Shown: positions 42,566-53,462, numbered from the stretch's first letter. The stretch: DNA of 64,000 nt from Thermoplasmata archaeon (GCA_003551675.1 PUNG01000009.1:937-64936), one strand, 5' to 3'. Made by a program: numbers and translations. The notes: generated by a model from the letters alone, not told the origin.

Positions 42566-43117
42566 TCACTGTTTTATCCTAAATCCGGTCCTTCTGAGTT
42601 TTATCTCTTCTCTACTTTCCTCCAAATATCTGTATACCGTAGCGTGTTTTCTACCCTCCAACAACATCTCTATAGCACGTCTAGCCAGATTTAGACGGAA
42701 AGAAGTCCCGATTATACCGATGGTGTTTCCCATGACGGAGATATGTGTTTCCGTGAGTTCTTCTATTATCTCTCTGGTCCTACCATCCCTGCCTATAACT
42801 CTGCTCCTCATCCTACGTACCGCGTTGGTGTTTTTACCCACCCAATCCCGTATATCCAAAAGGAAGAAACTGACCTCCTCCTCTAATATATCCAGGGCCT
42901 TTTCAGGGTTGAATCCCCTACCGATAGCCTTGACCACGTCTTCGACTTTCAAAGACAAGATAGGATCGTCTATATCACTTACGTCTATCTCGATCAATCC
43001 CGTTTTTGAATCTATGTCGAGTATTGCTCCGCTTTCATCTTCTATCTTTTTTTTAGTACTTCCCTTCTTACCTATGAGGACTCCTATCCTATTCTTAGGT
43101 ATCTTTAAATTTGGCAT
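42566..43117 (-). CDS. KH-domain RNA-binding protein (Rio-associated, Dim2/Pno1-like)
   Basis: It has two KH-like GxxG segments (IGKKGSTKK, IGRDGRTRE). It lies immediately downstream of rio1, as in many archaea. Confidence 0.65.
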   Translation of the reverse strand: MPNLKIPKNRIGVLIGKKGSTKKKIEDESGAILDIDSKTGLIEIDVSDIDDPILSLKVEDVVKAIGRGFNPEKALDILEEEVSFFLLDIRDWVGKNTNAVRRMRSRVIGRDGRTREIIEELTETHISVMGNTIGIIGTSFRLNLARRAIEMLLEGRKHATVYRYLEESREEIKLRRTGFRIKQ

Positions 43118-43129
43118 GATATCACATCT

Positions 43130-43903
43130 TCAAATCAGTTCTTCTTCTACTTCGATCCCCACTCTTTCTACAACGTCTTCTTGGGTTATATCTACGCCGT
43201 TGGACCTGAAGTACCTTACCACGTTCTTCACATCTCTTTCAAGTAGATTTATGGCTTCGGGATGATCCAAGAATACGGACTGTGAAACATCTATCATATA
43301 CGGTCGCTCCTTTGATATGAGTATGTTGAATTCGCTGAGATCTCCGTGGACCATCTCGACCTCGTTGTAAAGCGTTTTCATATGATCCAATATCTCACCG
43401 CATACATATTCCATATCTTCCTGGTCTATATCTACGTCTTTCAACATAGGTGCCGGAAAGCCCCTATGCTCTAGATACTCCATGATCAGTATATTTTTAG
43501 AAAAAGATATGGGTTCAGGAACTTTTATGCCTGCCTTATGCATGATGCGTAGATTTGAAAACTCTTTCCTAGTCCAAGAGAATATCATCTTCGCCCCTTT
43601 GGGCACGTCTTTGAATCTATAATCTCCTTCTATGTACTGTCTGTACTTCTTAAAAACGGCTGTGTTGATCCTCATGATCTTGACCGCAACGGGCGTACCG
43701 TCTTTTTGTTCACCTCTAAATACCTTCGCCTCTTTACCCGTAGATATTGGATGGTCTAGTATGTCTATGGCACCGTCTTTCATGAGACCATAGAGTTCCA
43801 TCAAGGTCCTTTTGTCGAATACTTCCTGGTAGGTTTTTCTTCCAGGTATACGTATCCGTTCTTTGAGTAGTTCGTCCCTATCCTTTTTTGTCTTACTGAC
43901 CAT
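43130..43903 (-). CDS. rio1: RIO-type serine/threonine protein kinase
   Basis: It has ATP-binding KEAKVF...VAVKIMR and the catalytic HGDLSEFN. Confidence 0.8.
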   Translation of the reverse strand: MVSKTKKDRDELLKERIRIPGRKTYQEVFDKRTLMELYGLMKDGAIDILDHPISTGKEAKVFRGEQKDGTPVAVKIMRINTAVFKKYRQYIEGDYRFKDVPKGAKMIFSWTRKEFSNLRIMHKAGIKVPEPISFSKNILIMEYLEHRGFPAPMLKDVDIDQEDMEYVCGEILDHMKTLYNEVEMVHGDLSEFNILISKERPYMIDVSQSVFLDHPEAINLLERDVKNVVRYFRSNGVDITQEDVVERVGIEVEEELI

Positions 43904-43944
43904 GTGTAATCATCTCTTCTTTTGGCGGATAAAAACCTTTTGGA

Positions 43945-44271
43945 TCAGAATAAGTGGTCTTCCTCCGGAGGGTATTTTTCTTCGTTCTTCTTCAATTTTT
44001 CTTCGACCGCCTTTCCAAGGTCTATGTCGGCTATATTCGAAAGAGCCAAAAGGTAGATCATCACATCGGCCATCTCCTCGCTCAACCTTTCGTCGTCCAC
44101 CGACGAGAGCGAGTCCTCCTTCCACTGGAAGAGTTCCAACAGTTCGGAAGCTTCTATGCATACGGATATGCTCAAGTCTTTAGGGGTATGATATCTTTTC
44201 CAATCACGTTGGTCCCTGAACTGCTCTACAGCCTTCTGTAATTCTTTTGTATCTACCATCTTCTCCTCCAT
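43945..44271 (-). CDS. MazG-like nucleotide pyrophosphohydrolase
   Basis: It has the EASELLE...EE(M)ADV(M)IY motifs. The first ATG is at 44271, because the track GTG at 44280 abuts the RNA gene. Confidence 0.65.
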   Translation of the reverse strand: MEEKMVDTKELQKAVEQFRDQRDWKRYHTPKDLSISVCIEASELLELFQWKEDSLSSVDDERLSEEMADVMIYLLALSNIADIDLGKAVEEKLKKNEEKYPPEEDHLF

Positions 44272-44282
44272 ATGGATCACAG

Positions 44283-44417
44283 CGGACTCGCCGGGAATCT
44301 CGCCCGATCAGGGAATACCAGACCGGTTTTCGAACCCGGGTTTAGGGCTCCGGAAGCCCCGATGATATCCTTTGCAGTCCGGCTCTTTATGAGACCGGAT
44401 AGCTACACCACGAGCCC
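44283..44417 (-). tRNA. candidate tRNA-Arg (anticodon CCG) interrupted by two non-canonical introns (~27 nt and ~32 nt)
   Basis: This is a GC-rich ~135-nt island in AT-rich DNA. The minus strand reads GGGCTCG...(D-stem GTGT/TCAT)...GGGGC-TTCCGGA-GCCCT (anticodon CCG)...CCGGG-TTCGAA[A]...CCCGG-CGAGTCC-G. The acceptor stem halves pair (GGGCTCG/CGAGTCC), but the element is about 60 nt too long for a mature tRNA. Confidence 0.5.
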
Positions 44418-44429
44418 ACAAGATGTATC

Positions 44430-44585
44430 TTACTTCTTATCTGTGAATTCCGTGTATCCGCATTTGCCGCAGGAGGTCCTATTTTCATGTTCTGCTAGAA
44501 AGACTCCTTCTCCACATTTGGGGCAGTTCCTTCTATTCCTTTTGAGTTCGCCGTTTTCGACCTCGTATATCTCAGATTTTTCCAT
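44430..44585 (-). CDS. rps27ae: ribosomal protein eS31 (S27ae) (51 aa; not in ORF track)
   Basis: Translation gives [51 protein letters not shown], with CPKCG...CGKCG. Confidence 0.8.
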   Translation of the reverse strand: MEKSEIYEVENGELKRNRRNCPKCGEGVFLAEHENRTSCGKCGYTEFTDKK

Positions 44586-44603
44586 CTATATCACCACCTT
44601 TGA

Positions 44604-44876
44604 TTACCTTTTTTGGAAATAGTCCCGTTCATACTCTTTCACAAACTTTTCATCGTCGTAAACTCTGACCTTGACGATAGATCTCTCTTTACCGTACTCC
44701 GTATCTATCTTGTCCAACACGATCTCGTTTTTTGAAGCGTTTACCAAGCTCGCTATCTTATCTATGAGTACCTTTCTCGAGGGTGTTCCTTCACCTTCGT
44801 GGTCAACACCAAGGTTGAGTTCGCGTCTATGCATAAGTTTGTTTTCTTTTTCTTGTTCTATCTCGACTTCGACCAT
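44604..44876 (-). CDS. rps24e: ribosomal protein eS24
   Basis: It has the ...RRELNLGVDH...SRKVLIDKIASL... pattern and is adjacent to S27ae. The first ATG is at 44876. Confidence 0.75.
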   Translation of the reverse strand: MVEVEIEQEKENKLMHRRELNLGVDHEGEGTPSRKVLIDKIASLVNASKNEIVLDKIDTEYGKERSIVKVRVYDDEKFVKEYERDYFQKR

Positions 44877-44877
44877 G

Positions 44878-45405
44878 TTATACACCTTTGTTCACTTCTA
44901 TCATGTTATTTATTACTTCCCAACTTTTTTCTTTTAAATCTTTCGATACTTCGTTGATCACCATGCCTTCCGAGGGCACACCATAGATGACGATACCGTC
45001 TAGAGGGCAGAGTACTATGGCTACGAGGGACAGTAAGTCCTCTTCACCTTCTACTCTTATCAGTACCGGTTCGTCCTTTTCTATGGCACTTTGAAAAGCA
45101 CACCAAGCCTTTCGTACGATGATCTCCGGGGGATTTTTGATATCTAGTTCCGTGGGAAATTCAACTAAATTATCGTATTCGAAGGGGCCTCTCCTGGTTT
45201 TTCCGTCTATAACGGCTACATCCGGTTTTAGGCCCTGTTCAAGTAAGGTATCAGTGACAACGTCTCCAACGGCGATGATGGGTTTTTTATCTAAATACTT
45301 CAGTGGCAGTTCGCCTTGAACTACTTCGCCTAGCGTATCTTTCAATCGGATCCGCTGTTCTTTCTTCAATCTCAGATCGCTGTCTGGAATCTTTTTATCT
45401 AACAT
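44878..45405 (-). CDS. GTP-dependent dephospho-CoA kinase (DUF359)
   Basis: It has the VGDVVT...DGKTRR pattern and occupies the conserved position between spt4 and rps24e. Confidence 0.65.
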   Translation of the reverse strand: MLDKKIPDSDLRLKKEQRIRLKDTLGEVVQGELPLKYLDKKPIIAVGDVVTDTLLEQGLKPDVAVIDGKTRRGPFEYDNLVEFPTELDIKNPPEIIVRKAWCAFQSAIEKDEPVLIRVEGEEDLLSLVAIVLCPLDGIVIYGVPSEGMVINEVSKDLKEKSWEVINNMIEVNKGV

Positions 45406-45594
45406 CTATCCTCTGACCTTTAAAGCAAATTTACCGTTGGCTTTTATCCCCATCTTCTTGGCTAGAGTGGAATTTTCGTGGTCTATTATTACCAGATAGC
45501 CCTGCCATTCCCTGGATACTTCGCTTCCACATAGGGGACACTCATTGTCTTCCGTCAAACGATTACATTCTTTACAAGCTTTCAGTTTTACCAA
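45406..45594 (-). CDS. spt4: transcription elongation factor Spt4 / RNAP subunit E''
   Basis: It has the KACKEC...CPLCG Zn-ribbon and the ...WQGYLVIID... motif. Confidence 0.75.
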   Translation of the reverse strand: MVKLKACKECNRLTEDNECPLCGSEVSREWQGYLVIIDHENSTLAKKMGIKANGKFALKVRG

Positions 45595-45596
45595 AT

Positions 45597-46151
45597 TCAG
45601 TCCTCCTCCTCGTCATCTTCTTTCAGCCATTCCAACTTACCCAAACCGTTCTGCCTCATGGTCAATCCTATCTTGCTTTCCCGGGGGTTCCTCTCGTTGA
45701 CGCTCACCGTGACTATCCTAGCTCTGATCTCGTCGCCGATCTCCAGAGAATCTCCTGAATCCTTGCCCACCAATCTTTGGTTTCCTTGATCGACTTCCAC
45801 TTTATCGTTCATTATCTGGCTGATATGGAGCAGTCCGTCAAGTGGTCCGAACCTGATAAAAGCGCCGAACTTCAGTACCTCGCACAGGTAACCTAATATC
45901 AGTTCCTGCTCTACTAGTTTAAACTGCAGGGCGTCGTATCTTACCTCTTGGTGAACACCTCCATCGCCGTGGACGACCCTGCCGTCGCCTACTCTCTCAA
46001 CGTTCGTAGCGAGTATGAGCAATTTGTTTCCTTCTTCGATATTCCCCTCTAGCTCGGCTTTAGCGATCTCTCTAGCCGCATCATCGAGATCCTCGTCCAA
46101 TCTATAGGGAGGTATACGGATCGTGTCTGTTTTCTTTTCCATTATATACAT
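45597..46151 (-). CDS. rpo7: DNA-directed RNA polymerase subunit E' (Rpo7) with S1 domain
   Basis: It has an N-terminal Rpb7-like fold followed by an S1 domain (GAFIRFGPLDGLLHISQI). Confidence 0.8.
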   Translation of the reverse strand: MYIMEKKTDTIRIPPYRLDEDLDDAAREIAKAELEGNIEEGNKLLILATNVERVGDGRVVHGDGGVHQEVRYDALQFKLVEQELILGYLCEVLKFGAFIRFGPLDGLLHISQIMNDKVEVDQGNQRLVGKDSGDSLEIGDEIRARIVTVSVNERNPRESKIGLTMRQNGLGKLEWLKEDDEEED

Positions 46152-46174
46152 CGTCGTTCACCTTAGACTCACTT

Positions 46175-48325
46175 TCATATAAGTGCATAAGTGGCGATGG
46201 CGCTAGCGAATACAAGGGAAACTATAGACATCAATTTTATCAGTATATTGAGCGCCGGACCAGAAGTGTCCTTGAAAGGATCACCAACGGTATCTCCTAT
46301 GATACCCGCCTTGTGTGCTTCTGAACCTTTACCACCGTGGTGGCCCTGCTCGATGTACTTTTTCGCGTTATCCCATGCACCACCGGAATTAGCCATCATT
46401 ATGGCGAGTACGAAACCGGTACCCGTGGCTGCCAATAAAAAGCCAACCAGTGCGGCGGGCCCTAAAAGGAATCCCACCAACAAGGGCACGATTATGGCCA
46501 TCATTCCTGGCACTATCATCTCTTTGAGTGCCGCAGCGGTACTTAGGTTTATGGGTCTTTGATAATCGGGTTCCGCCTCTCCCTCTAGAAGACCGGTCAC
46601 CTCTTTGAACTGCCTTCTAGCCTCTTTGACTATCATGAACGCCGTTCTGCCTACCGCTTTCATCGTGATAGCACAGAAGACGAATGGTATCATGGCGCCG
46701 ATGAAGATCGCAACCACTGTGGTGGGCTCCATGACGCTGAAATCACCGGGATCTAAACCGATCTCGGAAGCATAAGCCGCCGTAAGTGTAAGTGCTGTCA
46801 AAGCGGCCGAACCTATGGCAAAACCCTTGCCCGTAGCTGCGTTGGTATTGCCCAGAGAGTCAAGAGCGTCCGTCCTCTCTCTGACTTTCGGATCAAGCCC
46901 GCTCATCTCCGCTAGGCCTCCCGCGTTGTCGGCCACCGGGCCGTATGCATCGGAAGAAAGCGTTATACCCAGCGTGGAAAGCATCCCTATAGCCGCTATA
47001 GCTATGCCGTAAAGGCCTGCAAGGTAAAATGCTATAAGGGTAGCTCCAGAAACTATCACCACAGGGAAGACAGTGCTCTCCATACCCGTGGCGAGGCCCT
47101 GTATTATGAACGTAGCTGCGCCGGTTTCCGTGGACTCCGCCATCTTCTTCGTAGGGCTGTATCTATCCGAAGTATAATATTCGGTGAAGTAACCTATGAG
47201 TACTCCTCCGACCAACCCGGCTACCACGGCACCGAAGAGTCTGTAAGCCAACCTACCAAAATCATCTGGTGGAAGCGTGATATATAGAGCGATGAACGAA
47301 AATACGATTATCAACGCTGCGGCGCCCCATGTACCCTTTCTCAGAGCCGCCAATAAAGTCTCCTGACTGGCGTCGCCTTCCGCCTTCACAAAGAAAATAC
47401 CTATCATAGAGGCGATGATGCCTGCACCGGCGATGATGAAAGGTATCGCGAATATCTGCATCTCTAATCCGTGTTCTATGACCGCATCCTGTATGGGACT
47501 TCGGTCCAAAAGAGCTTCACCTTGGAACGCCATCCAACCCAACGCTAATGAAGCTATGATGGTATTGGTATATGATTCGAAAAGATCCGCTCCCATGCCC
47601 GCAACGTCTCCAACGTTGTCACCTACGTTGTCCGCGATGACCGCTGGATTTCTTGGATCGTCTTCCGGTATCTCGGCTTCTACTTTACCTGCGAGATCGG
47701 CTCCGACGTCCGCCGCCTTGGTGTAGATACCTCCACCGACTCTGGCGAAAAGAGCTATGGAACTCGCTCCGAAACCGAATCCGGCGATGTACATGATGGC
47801 TTCTTCCAGATTATAAACATAACGTATCAAGAGTAAACTGACGCTGAGACCGATCAAGCCAAAACTTACCACTGAAAGTCCCATCACCGAACCTCCGCGG
47901 AAAGCTATGGTTAAAGCGTCGTTCAGACTTTTTCTGGCACCCTGGGTAGTCGGCGCACTAGAGCTGGTAGCGGTTATCATACCGAGATAACCGGCGGCAG
48001 CGGATAAAAACGCACCAACCAAAAATGGGAACCAAGTCATCAAGCTCACGCCTTCGGCGTAGTCTTTTACGACCAGACCTATAGCGACTATCACAACAAA
48101 TATCGCTATATACTTGTATTCCGTATTCAGGTACGTTCTCGCTCCTTTTTTGACTTCACCTGACAGTCTTTCCATCTTTTTTGTCCCAACATCTTGTTTC
48201 GAAATGAATTTCCAGAAGTATCCTGCCAAGATCAGACCCAGTACGGCTGTGATCATGGCTATCAATATCGCAAGGACTTCCTGCGACATACCTAATGTAT
48301 CTGCTATTCCCAACATAATAAACAC
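46175..48325 (-). CDS. hppA: membrane-bound H+(or Na+)-translocating pyrophosphatase
   Basis: It has the [18 protein letters not shown] motif and about 16 TM helices. Confidence 0.85.
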   Translation of the reverse strand: MFIMLGIADTLGMSQEVLAILIAMITAVLGLILAGYFWKFISKQDVGTKKMERLSGEVKKGARTYLNTEYKYIAIFVVIVAIGLVVKDYAEGVSLMTWFPFLVGAFLSAAAGYLGMITATSSSAPTTQGARKSLNDALTIAFRGGSVMGLSVVSFGLIGLSVSLLLIRYVYNLEEAIMYIAGFGFGASSIALFARVGGGIYTKAADVGADLAGKVEAEIPEDDPRNPAVIADNVGDNVGDVAGMGADLFESYTNTIIASLALGWMAFQGEALLDRSPIQDAVIEHGLEMQIFAIPFIIAGAGIIASMIGIFFVKAEGDASQETLLAALRKGTWGAAALIIVFSFIALYITLPPDDFGRLAYRLFGAVVAGLVGGVLIGYFTEYYTSDRYSPTKKMAESTETGAATFIIQGLATGMESTVFPVVIVSGATLIAFYLAGLYGIAIAAIGMLSTLGITLSSDAYGPVADNAGGLAEMSGLDPKVRERTDALDSLGNTNAATGKGFAIGSAALTALTLTAAYASEIGLDPGDFSVMEPTTVVAIFIGAMIPFVFCAITMKAVGRTAFMIVKEARRQFKEVTGLLEGEAEPDYQRPINLSTAAALKEMIVPGMMAIIVPLLVGFLLGPAALVGFLLAATGTGFVLAIMMANSGGAWDNAKKYIEQGHHGGKGSEAHKAGIIGDTVGDPFKDTSGPALNILIKLMSIVSLVFASAIATYALI

Positions 48326-48459
48326 CTATTAAATCGGGAATGTGATATTGTTTATATAGTTTTTGATTGCTTTTTTTTGATTTGGACGATACATCCTTGC
48401 ACCAAATCGCAAAACTTATATCTTTCATTTCATTTCGAAAAAACCAGAGGTATCATATC

Positions 48460-50079
48460 ATGAAAACGACCATAGGCCAGTTATTGGAGGATAGAGCGGA
48501 AGAGGATTCTGATAAAGAAGCAGTCATATTTGAGGATAGACGTATAACTTATGAAGATCTGAACGAAAAGGCCGAGAGGTTAGCTTACTTTTTGATGAAG
48601 AGAGGCGTGAGCCGGGGAGACAAGGTTTCTATATGGTTACCCAACTTACCCGAATGGATCATAGCATGGTTCGCCGTACCTAAGATAGGAGCCGTTGTAG
48701 TTCCTACCGATCCGTGGTACAAGGGTGAAGAGATAGAATACATGTTCAACGATTCGGATACAAAAGCGGTGATAACCACGGACCAGGCCGGCAAATACAG
48801 ATTTTTAGAAACGCTGGAAGATAGAAGATCGGGTTTGGAAACTTTAGAGACCTTGGTCCTGTTAGAAGGAGAAAGCGACGAGTTTTCTTCTTTCAATTTT
48901 GATGAAGTATATGAAACGGGGAAAGATTGGAGAGAAGACGAAGATTATTTGAAGAGGAAAAGAGAAACCGACCCTGACGATGTGACCTTTTTGTTGTATA
49001 CGTCCGGAACCACGGGAAAACCCAAGGGAGTCATGCTCTCTCACCACCAGATAGTCAAAAACGCCCTGGACCAGGGAGAGATCTTAAAGGCGAGAGAAGA
49101 CGACAAGCTGGTCATACCTGTTCCTTTCAGCCACTGCTTCGGCAACGTGATGAGCATCACACTCATGACGGTTTTTGGAGGGACCATGATACCTCTCGTT
49201 GAATTCGATCCCTACAAAGCGCTGGAACTGGTGGAGGACGAAGGGGCTACCATGATACATGGGGTTCCGACCATGTTCATACGGGAATTGGAAGTTATGA
49301 AGGAAGAAGATTATGATACCAGCACTCTAAGGACAGGTATAATGGCCGGCTCAAGTTGTCCCGTCGAGACCATGAGATCCGTCATCGACGATATGGGTTG
49401 TAATGTTTCCATAACCTACGGGCTGACCGAGGCGTCTCCCGGTGTGACCATGACCAGATTCGACGATTCCATCGAGGATAGAGTGGAAACGGTAGGACGA
49501 GTCATGCCCGACCAGGAGATAAAGGTGGTCGACGACCAGGGCAACGAAGTTCCGCCAGGAGAGACCGGTGAATTGATGGTAAAAGGTTACAACGTTATGA
49601 AAGGCTACTACAACAAACCTGAATCTACCGAAGAAACCATCGAGGACGGATGGCTTCATACAGGGGATCTGGCCGAGATGGACGAAAGGGGCTTCGTAAA
49701 GATAGTTGGCAGGAAAAAGGACATGGTCATCGTGGGCGGCTTGAATGTTTACCCTAGAGAGATAGAAGAATACCTAATCGAACATCCCGAGATACAAGAG
49801 GTTGCGGTCGTGGGTGTGCCGGACGAACAATTGGGAGAGGTCGTAGTTGCAGCGGTGGTACCCACAAATGGTGCGGACATGACTGATCAGGACGTTGTTG
49901 ACTTCTTGTATGGTGAAGTGGCTAGTGCAAAAGTACCTCGCTACGTATCCGTTACCGATGAATTACCTGTTTCCGGGAGAGGCAAAGTACAGAAATTCAA
50001 ACTGAGAGACAGATTGATGGAAAAAGTTGAAGAGGGAGAACTCAAAAAGATAGTTCCCACCGAGGTAAAAAAGAAGTGA
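48460..50079 (+). CDS. AMP-dependent acyl-CoA synthetase/ligase
   Basis: It has the AMP-binding motif LLYTSGTTGKPKGV and a GEL...VGRKKD C-terminal domain. The start is moved to ATG 48460. Confidence 0.8.
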   Translation: MKTTIGQLLEDRAEEDSDKEAVIFEDRRITYEDLNEKAERLAYFLMKRGVSRGDKVSIWLPNLPEWIIAWFAVPKIGAVVVPTDPWYKGEEIEYMFNDSDTKAVITTDQAGKYRFLETLEDRRSGLETLETLVLLEGESDEFSSFNFDEVYETGKDWREDEDYLKRKRETDPDDVTFLLYTSGTTGKPKGVMLSHHQIVKNALDQGEILKAREDDKLVIPVPFSHCFGNVMSITLMTVFGGTMIPLVEFDPYKALELVEDEGATMIHGVPTMFIRELEVMKEEDYDTSTLRTGIMAGSSCPVETMRSVIDDMGCNVSITYGLTEASPGVTMTRFDDSIEDRVETVGRVMPDQEIKVVDDQGNEVPPGETGELMVKGYNVMKGYYNKPESTEETIEDGWLHTGDLAEMDERGFVKIVGRKKDMVIVGGLNVYPREIEEYLIEHPEIQEVAVVGVPDEQLGEVVVAAVVPTNGADMTDQDVVDFLYGEVASAKVPRYVSVTDELPVSGRGKVQKFKLRDRLMEKVEEGELKKIVPTEVKKK

Positions 50080-50199
50080 AGCCCTCTCGAATAAGCATCT
50101 GACTCTATAGGGATAAGGCGACCGAATCCTTTTTAAACCCCTTGGTCCTCCATATGGATCAGATGCAAGAGTAAATTTTCATAAAAAATATGATAGGGT

Positions 50200-51345
50200 A
50201 TGGATATGGATTTCGAACTCACTGAAGAACAGAAGATGTTTAAAAGGTCCGTAAGGAAGTTTGCAGATAAAGAGATAGCGCCTAGAGCCATGGAGATCGA
50301 TAAAGAACATGAATTTTCTTGGGACACCATAAAGAAAGCAGGTGAATTAGGTCTTATGGGTATGACCGTTCCCCAGGAATATGGTGGAGCCGGTATAGAC
50401 AGGGTGAGTTACATGCTGGCGCTGGAAGAGGTATCCCGCGTGTGTGGTTCTCACGGTCTTACCATAGAGGCACACAATTCGTTGGGTATAGGCCATATAT
50501 ATGAAAAGGGGAGTGAAGAACAAAGAAGAAAGTACCTCCCTAAACTTACAGACGGGACGGCTTTAGCCGCGTGGGCACTGACCGAGCCCAAGGCGGGCTC
50601 CGACGCCGCGTCGGTTGAAACCACCGCGGTAAAAGACGGCGACGAGTGGGTGATAAACGGTACGAAACAGTTCATCACCAGCGGCAGTATCGCAGACGTG
50701 GTCGTGGTCATGGCCATGACAGATAAGAGCAAAGGTGCTAGAGGTATATCCGCCTTCATCGTGGAAGAGGATACCCCTGGGATAGAATATGGTGTAGAGG
50801 AAAGTAAACTCGGTCTTCGCGGTACCGTGACGTCCGAGATGTTATTTGATGGATGTAGGGTGCCGGATGAAAATATGTTGGGTGAGCCTGGAGAAGGATT
50901 TACAGGAGCCATGAACATATTAGATCGAGGCCGCACCGCCATAGGTGCCATGTCGGTGGGCATAGCCCAGGGCGCTCTGGAGAAAAGCATCGCCTACGCC
51001 AAAGAAAGAGAACAGTTCGGGAAACCCATAGGTCGATTTCAGGCGGTTCAATTCATGTTAGCGGATATGGCTACGAAGATCGAAGCCTCCCGATTGCTGG
51101 TACTTCGTGCCGCATACATGGAGGATCAGGGCCAGTCCTTCAGTAAAGAAGCAACCATGGCAAAGTTGTTCGCCTCTGAAACAGGGGTAAGGGCAACGAG
51201 AGACGCTATCCAGATCTTAGGTGGGCAGGGTTACATGAGAGAAAACGAAGTAGAACGCTATTTTAGAGATATCAAATTATGTACCATAGGTGAGGGGACT
51301 TCAGAAGTACAGCGGATGGTCATCGCAAAACGTCTAGGGCTGTAA
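50200..51345 (+). CDS. acyl-CoA dehydrogenase (isovaleryl-CoA dehydrogenase-like)
   Basis: It has the ACAD fold motifs (YGGAGID, TEPKAGSDAAS, the catalytic region ...IYEGTSEVQR variant GEGTSEVQR). Confidence 0.8.
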   Translation: MDMDFELTEEQKMFKRSVRKFADKEIAPRAMEIDKEHEFSWDTIKKAGELGLMGMTVPQEYGGAGIDRVSYMLALEEVSRVCGSHGLTIEAHNSLGIGHIYEKGSEEQRRKYLPKLTDGTALAAWALTEPKAGSDAASVETTAVKDGDEWVINGTKQFITSGSIADVVVVMAMTDKSKGARGISAFIVEEDTPGIEYGVEESKLGLRGTVTSEMLFDGCRVPDENMLGEPGEGFTGAMNILDRGRTAIGAMSVGIAQGALEKSIAYAKEREQFGKPIGRFQAVQFMLADMATKIEASRLLVLRAAYMEDQGQSFSKEATMAKLFASETGVRATRDAIQILGGQGYMRENEVERYFRDIKLCTIGEGTSEVQRMVIAKRLGL

Positions 51346-51348
51346 AAT

Positions 51349-52956
51349 TCACATCCTGTACATGCTGGGTTTCCATTCAGGGATAGGTGCGTTCAAAGAA
51401 GCCGATATGCCAAGACCTAGTACCATGCGTGTATCTATTGGATCTATGACGCCGTCGTCCCATATCCGTGCGGTACTGTAGTATGGATTTCCCTCTTTTT
51501 CGTACTTTTCTGTGATGGGTTCGGTGATCTCTTCTTCCTCTTCTTCGCTGAGTTCTTTCCCTTTACGCCACAACTGGTCTCTTTTTACCGTTAAAAGTAC
51601 TCTAGCGGCTTGCTCGCCTCCCATCACGGATATCCTTGCATTTGGCCACATCCAGAGCTGCCTCGGTTCGTATGCCCTGCCGCACATACCGTAATTACCA
51701 GCGCCGTAAGAGCCGCCTATCATCACAGTAAATTTAGGAACCTGGGCGTTGGCTACTGCGGTGACCATCTTTGCGCCGTCCTTCGCTATACCCCCTGCCT
51801 CATACTTTTTGCCCACCATGAAACCGGTTATGTTCTGAAGAAAAACAAGAGGTATGCGCCGCTGGCAGCACAGTTCTATGAAGTGGGCCCCCTTCAATGC
51901 GGACTCTGAGAAGATCACGCCGTTGTTGGCTAGTATGCCCACGGGATACCCCATGATATGTGCGAAACCGCAGACCAGGGTTTCGCCGTAGAGCTTTTTA
52001 AATTCGTGAAACCTGGATCCATCTACGATCCTGGCTATGACTTCACGTACTTCGAAGGGTTGTTGAGGATTTTCAGGTATTATGCCGTATATCTCCTCGG
52101 GATCGTACAGCGGTTCTTCCGGTTTTTTGACTTCGAGCGATGTCTTTTCCGGTCTGTTCAGGTTCTCTATGATGTTTCGAGTTATACCGATGGCGTCTTC
52201 ATCGTCTTCGGCGTAATGGTCCGCCACACCGCTCTCTCTGCAGTGAACGTCCGCACCGCCGAGTTCTTCAGCGCTTACCTCCTCTCCCGTAGCTGCTTTG
52301 ACCAGAGGAGGTCCTCCTAGAAAGATAGTTCCAGTATCTTTGACGATAACGGCCTCGTCGGACATGGCCGGTATGTAGGCACCACCCGCGGTACACATAC
52401 CCATCACCACGGCTATCTGAGGTATACCTTTAGAAGCCATCCTTGCTTGGTTGAAAAATATGCGGCCGAAGTGCTCCCTGTCCGGGAATACCTCGTCCTG
52501 CATGGGAAGAAAAGCACCGCCGGAATCTACAAGGTAGATACACGGCAGATTGTTATTCAGAGCTATGGTCTGGGCTCTTAGATGTTTCTTTACGGTCATG
52601 GGGTAATATGTCCCTCCTTTGACCGTCGCATCGTTAGCGACCACAACTATCTCTCTGCCGTGAACTATACCTATACCTGTAACTATGCCCGCCGCCGGCG
52701 CATTATCGTCGTAGAGTCCATACGCCGCCAGTGAGTTGAATTCCATGAACGGTGTGCCTGGATCGAGAAGCGCATCTATCCTATCACGGGCCAACATCTT
52801 TCCTCTAGACTTGTGTAATTCGATACGCTCATCTCCACCTCCCTTCATGGCCCAAGATATCTTGCTCTTCAGGTGATCGACCAGCTGTTCATACTTTTCA
52901 TAATTTTTTTTGTACTCTTCGCTAGAAGTATCTATTTTGCTTTCTAACACATCCAT
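51349..52956 (-). CDS. acyl-CoA carboxylase carboxyltransferase (beta) subunit, methylcrotonyl-/propionyl-CoA type
   Basis: It has two crotonase-like CT domains and is about 535 aa, typical of MccB/PccB. Confidence 0.75.
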   Translation of the reverse strand: MDVLESKIDTSSEEYKKNYEKYEQLVDHLKSKISWAMKGGGDERIELHKSRGKMLARDRIDALLDPGTPFMEFNSLAAYGLYDDNAPAAGIVTGIGIVHGREIVVVANDATVKGGTYYPMTVKKHLRAQTIALNNNLPCIYLVDSGGAFLPMQDEVFPDREHFGRIFFNQARMASKGIPQIAVVMGMCTAGGAYIPAMSDEAVIVKDTGTIFLGGPPLVKAATGEEVSAEELGGADVHCRESGVADHYAEDDEDAIGITRNIIENLNRPEKTSLEVKKPEEPLYDPEEIYGIIPENPQQPFEVREVIARIVDGSRFHEFKKLYGETLVCGFAHIMGYPVGILANNGVIFSESALKGAHFIELCCQRRIPLVFLQNITGFMVGKKYEAGGIAKDGAKMVTAVANAQVPKFTVMIGGSYGAGNYGMCGRAYEPRQLWMWPNARISVMGGEQAARVLLTVKRDQLWRKGKELSEEEEEEITEPITEKYEKEGNPYYSTARIWDDGVIDPIDTRMVLGLGISASLNAPIPEWKPSMYRM

Positions 52957-52958
52957 AT

Positions 52959-53462
52959 TTAATCCTCCTTGATTATGTTAACAGTTTCTTGACCTATGTC
53001 TATCTGTTCGCCTTCTTCATAATGGACTTCGTCCACCACTCCGTTCCAAGGTGCTTTTATTATGTATTCCATCTTCATGGCCTCTATCACCATGACCACA
53101 TCTCCGGCTTCGACTTCATCGCCTTCCTCTACATCGACTTTCACTACGTTACCGGATATCGGTGACCTGAGGTCTTTCTCGCTCTCGGTGCCGCCGCCCT
53201 TCTTTCTTCCAGTGAGTTCCACCGGCGTGACCTCGAATACCTCTCCATCGATGAACAAATATTTATCGCCGTTACTTTCGGATACTACGCACTTTATCTC
53301 TCTTCCTCCAAGATCTATACTTAAAAAACCTTCGTCTACCTCGGCTGCGGTGACCGTATACGTGTTTCCGTCGTAAGTGACGTAGTACTTTTCTCCGTCC
53401 CGTTCTACTTCCACCCTGTAGGTGTTATCTCCGTACTCATATTTTAGGATCATTTTAGACAC
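52959..53462 (-). CDS. biotin carboxyl carrier protein
   Basis: It has the biotinyl-lysine motif EAMKM near the C-terminus. Confidence 0.75.
   Translation of the reverse strand: MSKMILKYEYGDNTYRVEVERDGEKYYVTYDGNTYTVTAAEVDEGFLSIDLGGREIKCVVSESNGDKYLFIDGEVFEVTPVELTGRKKGGGTESEKDLRSPISGNVVKVDVEEGDEVEAGDVVMVIEAMKMEYIIKAPWNGVVDEVHYEEGEQIDIGQETVNIIKED

Noticed and set aside
44283-44417. Alternative readings of the GC-rich island as SRP RNA, RNase P RNA or a plus-strand tRNA
   Set aside because: It is too short (~135 nt) for SRP or RNase P RNA. On the plus strand the putative acceptor halves (GGACTCG/CGAGCCC) mismatch. On the minus strand the acceptor, D, anticodon and T elements are all present with only the insertions to explain.
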